Shown here one piece after another: positions 26,440-41,439 of a DNA stretch of 64,000 nucleotides. The stretch lies in the NCBI RefSeq assembly GCF_009914755.1, contig NC_060941.1. One strand, 5' to 3'. Origin of the DNA: the human T2T-CHM13v2.0 reference genome, Homo sapiens. The translations under genes were made by a program, and so were the position numbers. Within the stretch, counting starts at the first letter, position 1. The number at the start of each line of letters is the position of its first letter. The notes beneath the pieces are model-generated. The model saw only the letters and a list, made by a program, of their open reading frames with translations. It was not told the DNA's origin and ran no database searches.

Positions 26440-26650
26440 ACTGCCTGTGTTTTATAGCCCAGCACTATGACCAGTTCTTTCCTAGTTAATCTTCAATGCA
26501 ACCCTGGATAGAGGATATTATTATCCCCATTTCACAGATAAAGAAAATGAGGCTCCAAGGACTTAAACAACTTCTCAGGATGACTTAAATAGGATTTAAA
26601 CCCAGTCTGTGTGGTTCCACAGCCAAGTACATCCTAGCACTCCTCGCTGC
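26440..26650 (-). mobile_element. MIR
   Basis: attattatccccatttcacagataaagaaaatgaggctc. Confidence 0.85.
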
Positions 26651-27199
26651 CTCTCGATAAACATAAGAGCCTTAAGCCCTTGACATTCATGAGAGTAATC
26701 CCGAGACGTCCGGGAGTTTTCAATTTACAAATTCCACTTTAGTGTATAATCGCCTCCATAAAACACCTATTTTTCTTGCTGAGGCCCATCCCTTCTCAGT
26801 CCTCCTTACACTTCACCTATTTCTGTTTCCATCAATGGTGGTTAAGGTTCTTTCCAGGGCACTTTGCTTATTTTGTGGGGGTTGTTGTGCAGGGAAGGTG
26901 GGCAGGGAGTAAGAGGTCTGGATCGAGAGGTGATTGCTGGACTGCCTGCTTGGTTTACCTGCAAGCCACACCCTCACTCCTGCACACCAGCCCAGCTCAC
27001 TGGAGCACCTGGCAGAAATCAGAAGCACATGCCATTTCTGTTGCCGTGGCCAGATGGACATGATCCACTGATGAAAACCCACATGTGTGTGCACACATCT
27101 TCCACACTCACACACCCCTGCATTTGAGGCAGAGATACCATGCAGGGCTCTTCCCAGGAAACCAGCAGCTGATGACAGAGTTTCTTAGAGGATGAAGTT

Positions 27200-27471
27200 G
27201 TACATTGATGGACACAATGTTTTCTTAATAACTATGCATTTCATAATGATTATTAGAATAAGTGTAACTAGTACATCAAACCCAGATTTCACAGATAATA
27301 TGACTGATCTTCCATCAATAGCAATGACATGCAGTTTTCTCTGAAAATAGATTGAAGTAAACAAAATGAGTCAGCTCAAAGGAAAATATTTAGTAAATCG
27401 TAGGACTGCAGTACTTGGCAATGGCAAAAACCCTGAGGTGGTCTGTGGGTGAATGAAGTTGGGGGCACCAT
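27200..27471. mobile_element. Charlie4-like hAT fragment
   Basis: aaaggaaaatatttagtaaat...atggcaaaaaccctgaggtggt...gaatgaagttggggg. Confidence 0.6.
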
Positions 27472-27779
27472 GGCTGCCAGGGTATGATGGGTAGGAGATG
27501 GGGAAATGTGGGTAGAGAGGAAACCTGAGGCCGGTTCCCAGGGGAACTTGGAGCTTCAAAGAAGGGAAATCTTGTGTTCTGGCTGGTAGACAGAAGGAAA
27601 AAAAATCCAAGCCTGTTTCGCCATTAGTAATTGTGTGTGGAATAGACTGTGTGTGATGTTGAGGGAATTCAACATACAGGAACGATCCCTCCGGGAAGAT
27701 TTAAACACATCTTCTTTGAAGACGTGAATATAAAAACAGGACCCATTCTTGCTATGATCAAATACTCTTCTAGGGCTTT

Positions 27780-28060
27780 TTTTCACTTAAAAATACTTTT
27801 TAGTATGAAAAATTTCAAACAAGTACAAGTAGAGAGAATTGCATGAAGAATTCCATATACCCATTTCCAGCTTTTCCCTGATCATTTTTAATCCTCTGAA
27901 AGAAGGACAATCTAACCGGGAGTTGGGAAAAGCAAGTGCTAGTTTGGCTTTGCCACAAATTGGCTGTGTGACCTTGGGCAAGTCACTTGACCTCTCTGGG
28001 CCTCTGTTTTCCCTTTTTCAATCCTGGGATGAATTCAATCTCCCAGAAACCCCTTGTCCC
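27780..28060. mobile_element. Antisense L1M fragment followed by a sense MIR
   Basis: gaaaaatttcaaacaagtaca...ccatataccc; gctgtgtgaccttgggcaagtcacttgacctctctgggcctctgtttt. Confidence 0.8.
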
Positions 28061-29444
28061 CCAGCCCGCTTCTATATGCTCATGAGATAGCAACAAATGC
28101 ACATCGCTAGGCTAACTGTGGTGCTGAGGGAATTAAACTGATAAGGTTTTCTATTCTTTCATTCTTTGCATAACCTTTCCTATGGAGACAGCCTAAGGAA
28201 GTGTAGGGACATGCTAAGCGATCCTGTTAGATTAGATGAGGTCAAATACTTCAAGATATGTCCCCATCTGAAACACTTTGCATTGGCAGTATTTGGAGAC
28301 AACTGTGTATTTGCCTGCTATTTACATTGGAAAGGCAGGTTAGGTGATCATCCATTGACTGGAGAAAACCATGTAGACAACCGGACTGGAAAATGAGGCC
28401 TCTAGGAAGTGCGTGAAATCCTGATTTACATCATTTGGTGATCTTTTTGGTCGAATTAATCAGATCACTGTTTACGTGAGCCAACACATAAAATGCTTAG
28501 CAAAGTGCCTAGAATAATATGCATTAGATATAACTTTCATGATTTCTATTTTCCATGCAGATGTTTGACTAAAATGTTTACGCAAACACAAAGCTCACAC
28601 ACAATCAGCTTTGGTAACAAAGGCAGGATAATCTACTTTACCACGAGAATCTATGCTCCCACTCAGCAGCTGTCATTCCCTAAGAGTGGCTTGTCCTGGC
28701 CACACCTTGCCCCACCACGAGACCCTTGGCTCTTAGAGGATCCTTGCATATAGGGTCTTGTGCTTTCAACACACAGCCTTCAGCATTGAGGACAAGGCGT
28801 GGTCTGACCACTAACCCTGCCTTTTTCACTCGTTCAGCATCTCTGCTCAGGCAAGAATGCAGAGGAATGAAACTCCCCACGCACCTGTTAAAACAAGGTG
28901 GCACATGTTGGGAGTAAGAGGAACAGGATAGGGAGTGAGTAGCTCTGAGTTCTGCTCTTGGGTCTGCCACTGTGTGATCTTGGGTAAGACCCTCCTCTCA
29001 GCACTCTTGGTCTCATCCACATAACAAAAGCGTTAAACTGGGTCACGTGGGGGTGTTTTTAGCATTAACATAGTCTATTCTGTAATAACGATCACATAAT
29101 AATTATACTAATATAGATCATAACATCATCATTATAACTGTATGACAACCATCACATGCATTATAAAGACTCCCTAGTGGCCATGGCTCCTGGGACTGCT
29201 CATCATAGTTCTAGTTACTCCTTAAACACATTTTCACAGGGACATGGCTGCTGTCTTTGAGAAACTCATAATGGAATGGAAGAGATGAGGAAAAGATCAA
29301 TTAAAGTGCAGTAGGAGCTATTACGGAAATAGGAACAGGTGCTTGGGGAGTCCAGAGGAGGCTGCTAGGATCCTAAAGGGGCTGGAATTTCAGCTCATCT
29401 TTGGGTTAAACATCTGCTCTCCCATCTTGAGTCAATATGGAATT

Positions 29445-30400
29445 TTCATTCATTCAACAGCTGTTTGCTGAGCATCCACTGAGCCCCGGGCACTGTGCTG
29501 GCTGTCTATGAGGGCTGAGCACACAAAGTCCATGGCCTGTTGGAATTACTGACTATGAAGAGGCAGACAATGCACAAATAAACTAAAATGTGGGTTGCAA
29601 ATTCTGTACAGAGCTATGAAGGAAGCTCAGGAATGATGTTCAGGAATGACAGGAACTGATATGCCTTAGAGATCTGGGGGTCCTCCTTGAGGCAGTGGCT
29701 GCTGAGCTGGGGTCCTCTATGTGAGGAGCTGGAAGAGCATCAGAGGGTAACATGAAAAAAGGGGCAAAGAGCCTGGTGGGCTCCTCAAGAAACTGGGAGG
29801 AGGTCAAGTGCCAGGAGCACTGAGAGTGAGAGATGAGGCCATAGGCTAAGGCAGATGCCAGAGTGTGCAGGCCCCATAAGGGGTTTGGGAGGAAGCACTA
29901 ATGGAGGAAGGCAGAGAGTGAACTGATTTACCAATTTTAAAAGCACTCTGGGCCAGGCACAATAGTTCATGTCTGTAATCCCAGCACTTTGGGAGGCCAA
30001 GACAGGAGAATTGCTTGAGGCCAGGAGTTCAACTGTCTGGGCAACATAGTGAGACCCTCCCTACCTCTACTTAAAAAAAAAAAAAAAAGTCACTGTGGAT
30101 TCCTGGTAGAAGATGAAACACAGGAAACCCTGTGAATTTAGAAATGCTGGTTTGGAGGTGTACCATCCAGGCAAGAAGTCAAGTAGCAGTCATGATGGAG
30201 CTAGGTCTGTGGGTTCAGAATAGATATTGATGGTGGAGTTGGCCTAATTGGCTGGGGGATAAGATGTGGTGGTGGGGGGAAGGGAGAGGGAGAAATAAAG
30301 AGCGACTCCCAGGTTCCTGGCTCAAGGTATGGGGCAGATGGAGTTGCTGTTTGCAGAGAGGGCGCAGGCAGGGAGAGAAACAGAACACTTCTGGGATGAC
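29445..30400 (-). mobile_element. L2 fragment, interrupted by FLAM
   Basis: ttcattcattcaacagctgtttgctgagca...gactcccaggttcctggct. Confidence 0.8.
29951..30088 (+). mobile_element. FLAM (free left Alu monomer)
   Basis: Single left monomer with poly(A); TSD-like aaaagcactctgg / aaaagtcactgtgg. Confidence 0.88.
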
Positions 30401-30719
30401 AGGCTTCCCTAAGGATGAAACGCCATGTGTAAAGAGCGCCTAACACACTGTGCTCTCCATAAATGCTGACCCCTTCATCCCCTTCTTGTATTTAAAACGA
30501 ACTTCAGTGCAGTAGGGCAACTTTAATAAAGCCCAGGTAGGCCTGGCAGCCAGATCAGTAGAAAGAATGGGGTCGGGGAACTTCTGGGCAAATAGGCGCT
30601 GTGCCAGAGAGCCTTGCAAGGGCGCGGCGGGGTTCACCCCTGCTCAGGAGGAAATAAGGAATCCCTCCTGAGCTAAGTGCAAGTGAATTCAGCCAGCAAG
30701 GCTGATAAAAACAATTGCC

Positions 30720-30950
30720 TAAATGAGCAAGTGCATAGTGCCTTACTGTTTACAAAGCACTTTTGACATACGTTATCCCATTTGATTCCTATAGTCACAT
30801 AGAAGCAGAGCCATAATCCCAATTTCAGGGAGAGGGAAGCTCAGGCTTAGAGTGCATTAGGGACTTGCTCAAGCTCACACAGTGAGTCGGTGGTTGCCCC
30901 CAGCCTTTCTGATTCTCATTGAGGGTTCCCCAGCACAGCCAGTTTGTCCA
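30720..30950 (-). mobile_element. MIR
   Basis: tttacaaagcacttttgacatacgttatcccatttgattcct...gacttgctcaagctcacacag. Confidence 0.85.
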
Positions 30951-31834
30951 TCAGCCACCACTGACAAAGGCCCTAGGACCTAGGAGGTTTTTAAGAGCCA
31001 ACAACAAGAAGAAAATTGGATTTGAAAAAAGATGTAGTTAGCTCCAAAATACAAAAAGAAAAGGGCAGGAATGAAATGAATAAATGTTTATCTACATTTC
31101 CACCACATGTCAACTTCTTGCCATAGCACCTTCATTCATTGTTCGATAGAGCGTTTATTAAGGTTTCATTACATTTGAAAATAATGTGTGAGCCACATTC
31201 TCCTCACTTTGCAAGAATTCCAGAGTACATGGGGTGGGTGTTCAGAAATCATAGCCAGTGGTGAGTTAGGTGGTGAGCCAATTTCTAGTCAAATAACCGC
31301 AAAGGCAGGATTTTAAAATCCTTTCAAAGTATTTTACAACAAAAAATTATATATTTCGTGAAATAAGTTCTTTTTAGTGTGTTTGATACAAAGTGAGGTG
31401 TGGTTTCAAATACAAATGTTGAGGGCCTGAGAGATCTTAGGTGTCCATCTGGCAGCTCTTCAGCTCTCCTTCGGATCTCTTTTCTAAGTTTATTTGGTTT
31501 TCATGAAACTTTGTGAATCCAAAAAGAAAAAAAAAGAAAACCACCTAAAATCGTCTCTAGTTTTGAACCTACCAGTATTTTTGGAGGAAGCGTTTCCAGG
31601 GAACAGAGACAATGGACAAAGAGAACAAGGTAGCTTTCAGAAAATCAAGGTAGAGAGAGTCTACCCGTGTCTACTCTCAGCCAGGAGGCCAGTAGAGAAC
31701 TGACCCAGCAGAAGGAGCTTCCTGGAGCAGGAGTCAGTTGGCTAAGCCAAGAGTAGGTTCCTCAGTGGTTGTGTAAGGACAGGAGGGCGAGTCTTCCCTA
31801 AGAACAAAGGCGGGTAAGTTTTGGTTTTATAGCT

Positions 31835-33640
31835 CATGCATGCACTCATTTTTCTGAGCATCTCCTCTGTGCCAGGTGCTGCTTTAGGTACTTGGAATAA
31901 ATCAGTGGGCACAAGAGACAGAGGTCTTTGTGTCTCAGGGAGCTTAGACTCTGAAGTATATGTGTATGTACGGGACAGCCAGAAAACAATGAACATAATA
32001 AAACAGAATATATTTGATATATATTCGAACACAATATAGCATGTTCGAAGGTGATAGAAGACTATGAAATAGCAGAGGTAGATGAGTAGAATGGGGATGC
32101 CAGGGGAAGAGGGGGTGTGGTTTGCAGCTGAAACTGGGTTGGTCATGCTTGGTCTCACTGAGAAGGTGAGATTGGACTTGACTCTCAACTTTCAAGACTG
32201 CGAAGTGGTGAAGGAGAGAACCTTGTGGCTATCTCACGAAAGAACATTCCAGGCAGAGGGACCAGCAAATGCAAAGGCCCTGAGGTAGGTGTACGCCTGG
32301 CCTGTTCAAGGAACAGTGAGAAGGCCAGTGTAGGTGGAGTGGCTGAGTACGTGATAGTGAAATAGATCAGGGTAGTAATGTGGGCAAGAGCATTTAGCCA
32401 CTGAGATGCCTGCAGCTTTTCGTTGAATGAGAGAGGCAGCCACTGGGTGTTTTTGAACAAATGATTAATGTGATCTTATGGATGTTTAAAATAATGCAGT
32501 AAGACTAGACTGTAGGGGAGTGCATTAGTTTCCTGTGGCTGCTGTAACAAATTACTATAAACTGGATGGCTGAAAACAACAGGAATTTATTCTCTCAAAG
32601 TTCTAGAGGCCACAGATCCAGAATTTGTTTCACTGAGCTGGAACCATTGTGTCAGCAGGTCCACACACCCTCTGGAGGCTCCAAAGGAGAATCTGTTCCT
32701 TGCCTCTTCCAGCCTCCGGTGGCTCCAGCATTCTTGGCTTGAGGCCACATCACTCTCATCAATCTCTATCTCCGTGGTCACATTCTCCTCCTCTCTGTAT
32801 GTGTCAGTTCCCCCTCTGCTGCTGATAGAAACATTCATGGTGATATTTAGGGCCTACCTGGATAATCCTACATGGTTTGTCCATCTCAAGTTCCTTGACT
32901 TAATCATTCCTGCAAAGAGTCTTTTTTTCCAAGCAAGGCAACATTTACAGCTTCCTGGGGTTGGTACTTGGTATTTTTGGGGTCCATGACCCAGCCTCCT
33001 ACAGGAGAAAGGGTAGATGTAGAAAGTCCTGCTAGGGGGCTTCTGGAGTCATCCAGGTAATGCATAGTGATGGTTTAGATGGGATGGGAACAGTGCAGGC
33101 TGTGAGACATGGCTGGTTTCTCAACATATTTGAAAGGTAAGGCCAATAGGATTTTCTGACAGACTGGAGGTGGGGTGAGAGAGAAAGAGAAGGGTGAAGA
33201 CTGGCCACAAGATTTTTCACTTGAACAACTGGAAGGATGAAGGTGTCCTCACCGAGATACAGAAGACTGTGGGTGGAATAGGTTTCGGGAGTAAGAACAG
33301 GAGCTCAGTTTTAGAAATGGGGGCGTGGTGAGATGTCTAAACATCCACATGGAGATGTTGAGTAGGTAGCTGGGGAGAAGAGCCCAGGGTTTGGGAGGAA
33401 AGGCTGGGCTGGAGATTTTAATAGTGGAGCATAGGCATGGAGACAGTACTTACAGCCATGGGACTGGAGGAGATGAGCAAGGGAGCGAGGGTAGAGAAAG
33501 AAGGGAACTGAGGACTGAGTCCTGAGGTCCTCCGACACTAGGAGGTTGGGGAGAAGAGGAGTCTCCGCAGGAGTGAGCCCTGAGACAAAAGAAGGACCAG
33601 GACAGGGTCCTGTCTAGGAATCCAAGTGAATAAACACGTC
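31835..33640 (-). mobile_element. L2a, long fragment interrupted by MLT1C
   Basis: cattccaggcagagggaccagcaaatgcaaaggccctgagg; acatccacatggagatgttgagtagg. Confidence 0.9.
32521..33003 (-). mobile_element. MLT1C-type MaLR solo LTR
   Basis: tgcattagtttcctgtggctgctgtaacaaattac...ccagcctcctaca. Confidence 0.9.
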
Positions 33641-34039
33641 AGTGGTGGGAGGTATAACATGGCCTTCACGCCAAGACCGAAATCTCAGCCAGGGCTGCAG
33701 CCCTGCCTTCTAACTATCCTTCCCTCTGGGCACATGTGGCAGGTGTCTGCTCACTCTGGAGGCCTCTTGGAGCTCCCAGGCCCCAAAGCATAACTTTTTG
33801 CAGCGGTTGCATAAACCTTAGTTCCACCAAAGGCAGGGCGGGTGGGGAAACCATTCACTCTGTAGGTTGGGGAAGCTGCTGAACACCTCTCAGGATTCAT
33901 GTGCCATAGGCTTGGGACTTACTGGCCTGTTAGCTAGGGAGTTGGGATCATGGTGGGAGGAGAAGGTGGTCCCTGAAAAGTGAGTGGGGCCAATCCCAAA
34001 GGTATGGGGTCTGACTTCACAGGCCAGGAGATCAGGAAA

Positions 34040-34260
34040 CAAAGAGGGCATTGGGAATCAGGGATTCTTGGGGCCAGACACTTCTAGGGAGTAATCCTGC
34101 TTCTGACAGTTCTATCTGTGTCGATCTTAGGCAAACTGATTCTCTCTAAGCCTCAGTTTCCTTATTTGTAAAATGGGGCTATAAATACTTGCTTCCTAGG
34201 AAAGTAATACTATACTGTGTTTAAGCTACCAGGCACATCATAGGTGCTCAAGAATTTTGG
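34040..34260 (+). mobile_element. MIR
   Basis: ctctaagcctcagtttccttatttgtaaaatgggg. Confidence 0.88.
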
Positions 34261-34664
34261 TCATTTTCCTTGTGTTGATTTGAAACTATTTGAGTTAGTC
34301 CTGACATAACACTCACCCAAAGGGAGATGTCCCTTTTTCGAGGAGCTGGGGTGTGGGTGGCCAGCCCGTGGCCCTGGAGGCCACAGCCGGGAGCCTGCTC
34401 CTAGTGTGGGGCCATAGCCCAGCCCAGCACTTCGCTACCATCTTGTAAATGTGTGCCCAGCAGGGCCAGGGAAGATCATGCCACCAGCTCCCAGAAAACA
34501 TTACCTGTACACTCAAAAAATGTCCTCTGAGTAGAACAAGAAGAGGCCTTGGCTGCGAGTTCTGCCCCCAGTCCTGCCGCGCTTATCCCATGCGCCATGT
34601 TCTCGGGCAAGTCACTGCTCCCCTATAAGCTTTATTAATTCAATTTGTAAGATGAGTGGTTTGA

Positions 34665-34885
34665 ACCACATTGGTCATTTCCATATTTTTGTTTTATAGG
34701 AAAACATTCTTATTAAACAGAAAAGCCTTGCATAGAACCCCAGTGTTTTAAACAAATGAAAGATGCCCTGGTTACAGTGCGGAGGGGAGTCCTGGGCACT
34801 GAGGCTTCCTTATCTCCCCCAAGGGAGCCCAGGGACCCTCTATGGAACCCTACAACTCTAAGGAACAGGCTTAGAAAAATTCTGA
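34665..34885. mobile_element. MER112-like hAT-Charlie MITE
   Basis: agaaccccagtgttttaaacaaatgaaag...ctctatggaacccta...aggaacaggcttagaaaa. Confidence 0.55.
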
Positions 34886-35334
34886 CTAAAGGCAAAAATT
34901 GTGCCTCTGAGTTTAAAGCTATATGTAATCGGCATTAGATGGCTTGATGCTGATGAATATGTATTTCAAACAGTTATGTGCAAAAACATATTTATGTGTA
35001 TACTTTATTTCCATTTTAAACCTGCAGATAGCAGGCCAAATTCTTAATGTTTTATGCCTACTTGTTACTTTCCTGATGTCAAATTCGCTGCATAGTTATA
35101 TTCAAAGAAGGAATTGACTTAGTATTTGTAGTAAATTAAAACTGCTTTGACTATCAGAGAGAGACAGACAGATCCTGGGCTAAATATTTCTAAGTTCTCT
35201 CACAGCTCAGAAAAATCTCAAAATTATAACTTTTTCTTGCAGTTGATCTCTACAGTTTCATGAAGTGGGTTCTAGGTTACCACAAAATTAAGACACATGT
35301 TGTTGTTCAATAGGGCAGGAAAGAGTGAAAACCA

Positions 35335-35870
35335 GCTTTAGTTGAACACCTATTACGGATCAGCTACCATCTTATCTTATTTATTTATTTTTGAGACAGG
35401 GTCTTGTACTGTCACATAGGCTGGAGTGCAGTGGCACAATCATAGCTCACTGCAACCTCGAACCCCTAGGCTCAAGTTATCCTCCCACCTCAGCCTCCCA
35501 AGTAACTGAGACTACAGGTGTATGCCACCATGCTCGTCTAATTTTTTATTTTTGTGGAAACAGGGTCTTGCTATGTGGACTAGGCTGATCTTGAACTCCT
35601 GGCCTCAAGTCATCCTACCGCTGTGGGCTCCTAAAGTGCGGGGATTACAAGCATGAGCCACCACACTGGCCTCAGGTACCATCTTACAGTTTATTTTAGT
35701 TAACTTTTAGACCAATGTAATGAAGGTGCAAGTACCAATTTTTCCCACTTTGCATATGGGGAAACTGAGGCTCAGAGAGGTTAAAGTGGCCTACTCAATG
35801 TCATACAGCTAATAAGATGATAGTTTCAGGATTCAAACTCAGATCTGTATTCAAAGACTGTGCTCTTCCC
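35335..35870 (-). mobile_element. MIR, interrupted by AluJ
   Basis: atggggaaactgaggctcagagaggttaa...ggattcaaactcagatctg. Confidence 0.88.
35375..35671 (-). mobile_element. AluJ
   Basis: Antisense Alu; TSD tcagctaccatctta / tcaggtaccatctta. Confidence 0.95.
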
Positions 35871-35989
35871 ACCCCAAGTTGTTTCTAAAGGCAAAAAATC
35901 CCTTTGATTTCAGGAGACAGTCCTTGAATTGTACTAAGAATGATCCCTTGTATTGATTGGTAAGTTCTTGGTTTAGCTCCAGCTTTCCC

Positions 35990-36170
35990 ATCTACATTAC
36001 TCATGCTGCTCTCCCATGAACCCTGTGAGGTAAGCAGGCCAGGTACTATCATGTCCGTTTTTCAGATAGGAGAATTGAGGTTTGGAGAGATGGAGTGACT
36101 TGCCTAAGGTTGTGCAGAGCATGAAGAACTGGGGTCTTGCTATTCCCTCCTGAATCTTCTCCCAATCAAG
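35990..36170 (-). mobile_element. MIR
   Basis: aaccctgtgaggtaagcagg...gtgacttgcctaaggt. Confidence 0.8.
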
Positions 36171-37039
36171 AGTGTGAGCCATATACCATAAGGCTATCTT
36201 GCTCAGATAGTTCATGTCCCACCCTCTTTAGGAGAACTCATTTCATTTTCAAACTGCACCGAGTTCTTTCATCATTGCAGCTTTTTCATTTATTAGGCGT
36301 TCAATTTCCCTTACATTCATCATTTATTTGCTGCTGCTTTTCATTTTTTAAGAGGTGAAGGAAATGCAAATTAGCAAATGAATGTCATGCATAATACAGC
36401 CGGCCCTGCTACAAACAGCTTTTGTTAGAGTCCGCTCTGTTCTAGGACAAATTGGTCTACAAGGACCCGATACACCTCTCTGGATGTGTTGACACAGACG
36501 CAGCCTGCCAGGAAAGGACAATGGCAAAAGCGTGCTTTTGTTTGGTCTGCCATTCCCGGGGTTAATATGTTGGGTAATATCTTCAGCATTGTTTCCCCGA
36601 GCCATAGGAAGGTGTGTGCCCAGCCCTGCGATGGGTGCACAGATGCTCCAGTGCTGTTCACGTAGTGCAACTTGGTGCAGCCCCCTCATTCTTGGCCTTA
36701 GTTCTTGAACTACCTGATCTCGTGTGTCCCTTGCACTTGACTCTATTTCTTGGCAATTCTTGCTGGAGTTCTGCCACTCACCCTTCTCTTACGCCTTTGC
36801 CCAGCATCTTTGGCTTATTATGTGTTCTCTTCCCCTCATCCAAGAACTTGGCTTTTCATTGGGCTATGGCCACATCTCTCCATTTTAACAACATACTCAC
36901 AGACTGCCTTGGCCTCTTAGATTTATGGAGTACTGTCCTATCCTCTATCCTATGCCTCTATCAGGTCTGATTTGTTCTTGTGGGTAGAACCCAGATCCAC
37001 CTGGATTCCCAGGGATGAAATGTTTTAATACATGAGCTT

Positions 37040-37300
37040 AACATTTGTATGTTAAGCTCCAATCGAAATAACATTTGCCATTCATTGCATGCTGGACACC
37101 GTGTTAATGCCTTTGTTTGCTAGGTATCATCTCAGTCAGTACTCACATCCCTATAAGATAGTTATCACAGTAGTCCCACTTTGTAGATGAAGAAACAGAG
37201 AAGGTATACAACTTCCCAAGATCACACAGCTCGCAGGAGACAGAGCTGGAGTTCAAATGCAGGTCCACATAGTGTTTTCAGCTATGTGCAACACTGCCTT
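37040..37300 (-). mobile_element. MIR
   Basis: cccactttgtagatgaagaaacagag...cccaagatcacacagct. Confidence 0.85.
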
Positions 37301-38319
37301 CCAGCCAGTATGAACAGCTTCAGGAGCTCAAGACCAAACAGATATATTACTGACTATGGTTTTGAGCTAGATTTTAGTCATGAGTGTACACAAACACAAT
37401 CATGTGTGCATGCACGTATATGCACACCATGCCTCATTTGTCTCGCTGGGAGTTATAGGAGCTAGACCAGAGCTGAAAATGAAAAATTACTGCTAGGTCA
37501 GTATTATTAATGCTTCATGGAAAACATTCCACTTCCAAACAATTAGGTAGACAGATTTTCTTGCATTTCTTTTCTTTTTCCTACTTATTACTACAGATGT
37601 TTACAAGAAGAAACAAAGGTTTCTGCCTCTGCAGCATTGACTAGCATTTGCTGGCAGATAGGATCCTCTTTGGATGGCCCAGGCAGCCAGAGGCAGAAGG
37701 AGGATTTGCAGGTATGAGTGACCAACTAACTCCTGAGACTGGTTTTCACGAAAAGAAGAGGAAAGTGAGGATCTGATTTTAAAAAGAGGATTTTTAAAAT
37801 AAAGGCCATATGCAAGGCTTTGAAGAGCCTTGGATTTTCCAAGTATAAAATGTGGAAGTGGCCTGATCTTGGTGGATGTTCCAGCCCCATGATGCCGAGA
37901 CCATCAGACTGGGGATAATTAGGTGAGGAAGCACCCTCCAACCCACCCAGGCTCTCTACAATTAAACCATCTGTTGAGTTCTATAATTTTGTGGGTTCCC
38001 AGGATCTTGTTTCCTCTGAATATTTTTTGTTTTGTGAACTACAGGTCACAGGGGACAGCTGTAGAAGAGAGGAACCTATTTCTTGATGCAAGTTCTCCAA
38101 AACCATTTCCATCAATTGCTAATGGTTTCATTAACATGCACTCTGGGGCTTGGAGGTGAAGTCCACCAGCTAAGAACATCAGAACTGCTAAGGAGGCTCA
38201 GGCAACTATTCCAGAGGTGGCTCTGGGCTGCTGAGGAGAGCTGGGTGGATTTTTAGGATGTTAAACTCAAAAGGTCAGGGAACACTGGTCCAGGACTTTC
38301 TATCAAACCTATAATCCTC

Positions 38320-38715
38320 TCTCTACCTCCAGTTGTGCCTCCCCTGTCCCTGTCCTCATACTGTCACCAATGTGATCATCTTAAAATGTATATCTCGGAC
38401 ATGATCATACCATCTTGGCTTCCCTTCTTGGATGAAATCCTTCAGTCGGGACAAAAGTGAAGTTCTTTAATCTGGCTGAAGCCTTTCCAATAACTATATA
38501 CCTCTGCTACCCCAAACCAATAGGCTAGCACCGTCAAGCCTCATGCAGGCTTTGGATGCACCCAGCTTCCTCTTACCCCCAGGTTTTTGCCCATACAGTT
38601 TTTGCCCATAGCCTGGTAGACCTATTTCCCCTCTTCTCCATCTAGTTGACCTCTATTCATCCTTCAGAAGGTATCACCTCCTTCATGAAGTCTTCCCTGA
38701 TTGTCTCTCCCACTT
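38320..38715 (+). mobile_element. L2 fragment
   Basis: cctctattcatccttcag...cacctccttcatgaagtcttccctga. Confidence 0.7.
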
Positions 38716-38739
38716 TGTAGGCATGTAAAACCTAACCTA

Positions 38740-40575
<1,836 letters not shown>

Positions 40576-40578
40576 TTA

Positions 40579-40983
<405 letters not shown>

Positions 40984-41053
40984 TCAGACTTAAGCCTCCT
41001 GAGGAGTCATCTCCCTAGCAGCAGCTCTCCCTATTCCCTACAGCAGGTGCAGG

Positions 41054-41400
41054 TGCAGAGATGGTGGACTGCCAGGCCCCTGGGTCTAATGTATCCCACA
41101 AATGTGCTACCTCCCATCCCAGAGTGCTCTGAAATTTGTGTCAACATTGAAAAAAATGGAGTGATTTTACATAACAAATTCAGATTCCCAGCCTATCTGC
41201 AGAAATCTGGCAAAACCAGGGCTGCGTTTGTAAGCACAACCGTGGGCAGCAGCCAGGTATGGGCTGCCTTTAGCAAGTGAGGAGGCCTCACTGACCAGGT
41301 GCCCTCCTTTACAAAGCCCATTAGAAATTGACTCCCCTGCTCCGATGTCTCATGGGTGAGGCCCTGCCCCGCTGATGGAAGGGAGATTTGAACATCTCTC
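41054..41400. mobile_element. MER102-like hAT-Charlie element
   Basis: gtcaacattgaaaaaaatggagtgattttacataacaaattcagattcccagc...aaatctggcaa. Confidence 0.7.
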
Positions 41401-41439
41401 CATTGCTGTCTCTCAATCAAGCAATATTTTCTACTGGAG

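Noticed and set aside
30590-30640. CpG island / promoter
   Set aside because: Only a few CpGs over less than 50 bp
38583-38610. gtttttgcccata tandem duplication
   Set aside because: Ordinary slippage duplication inside an L2; no functional hint
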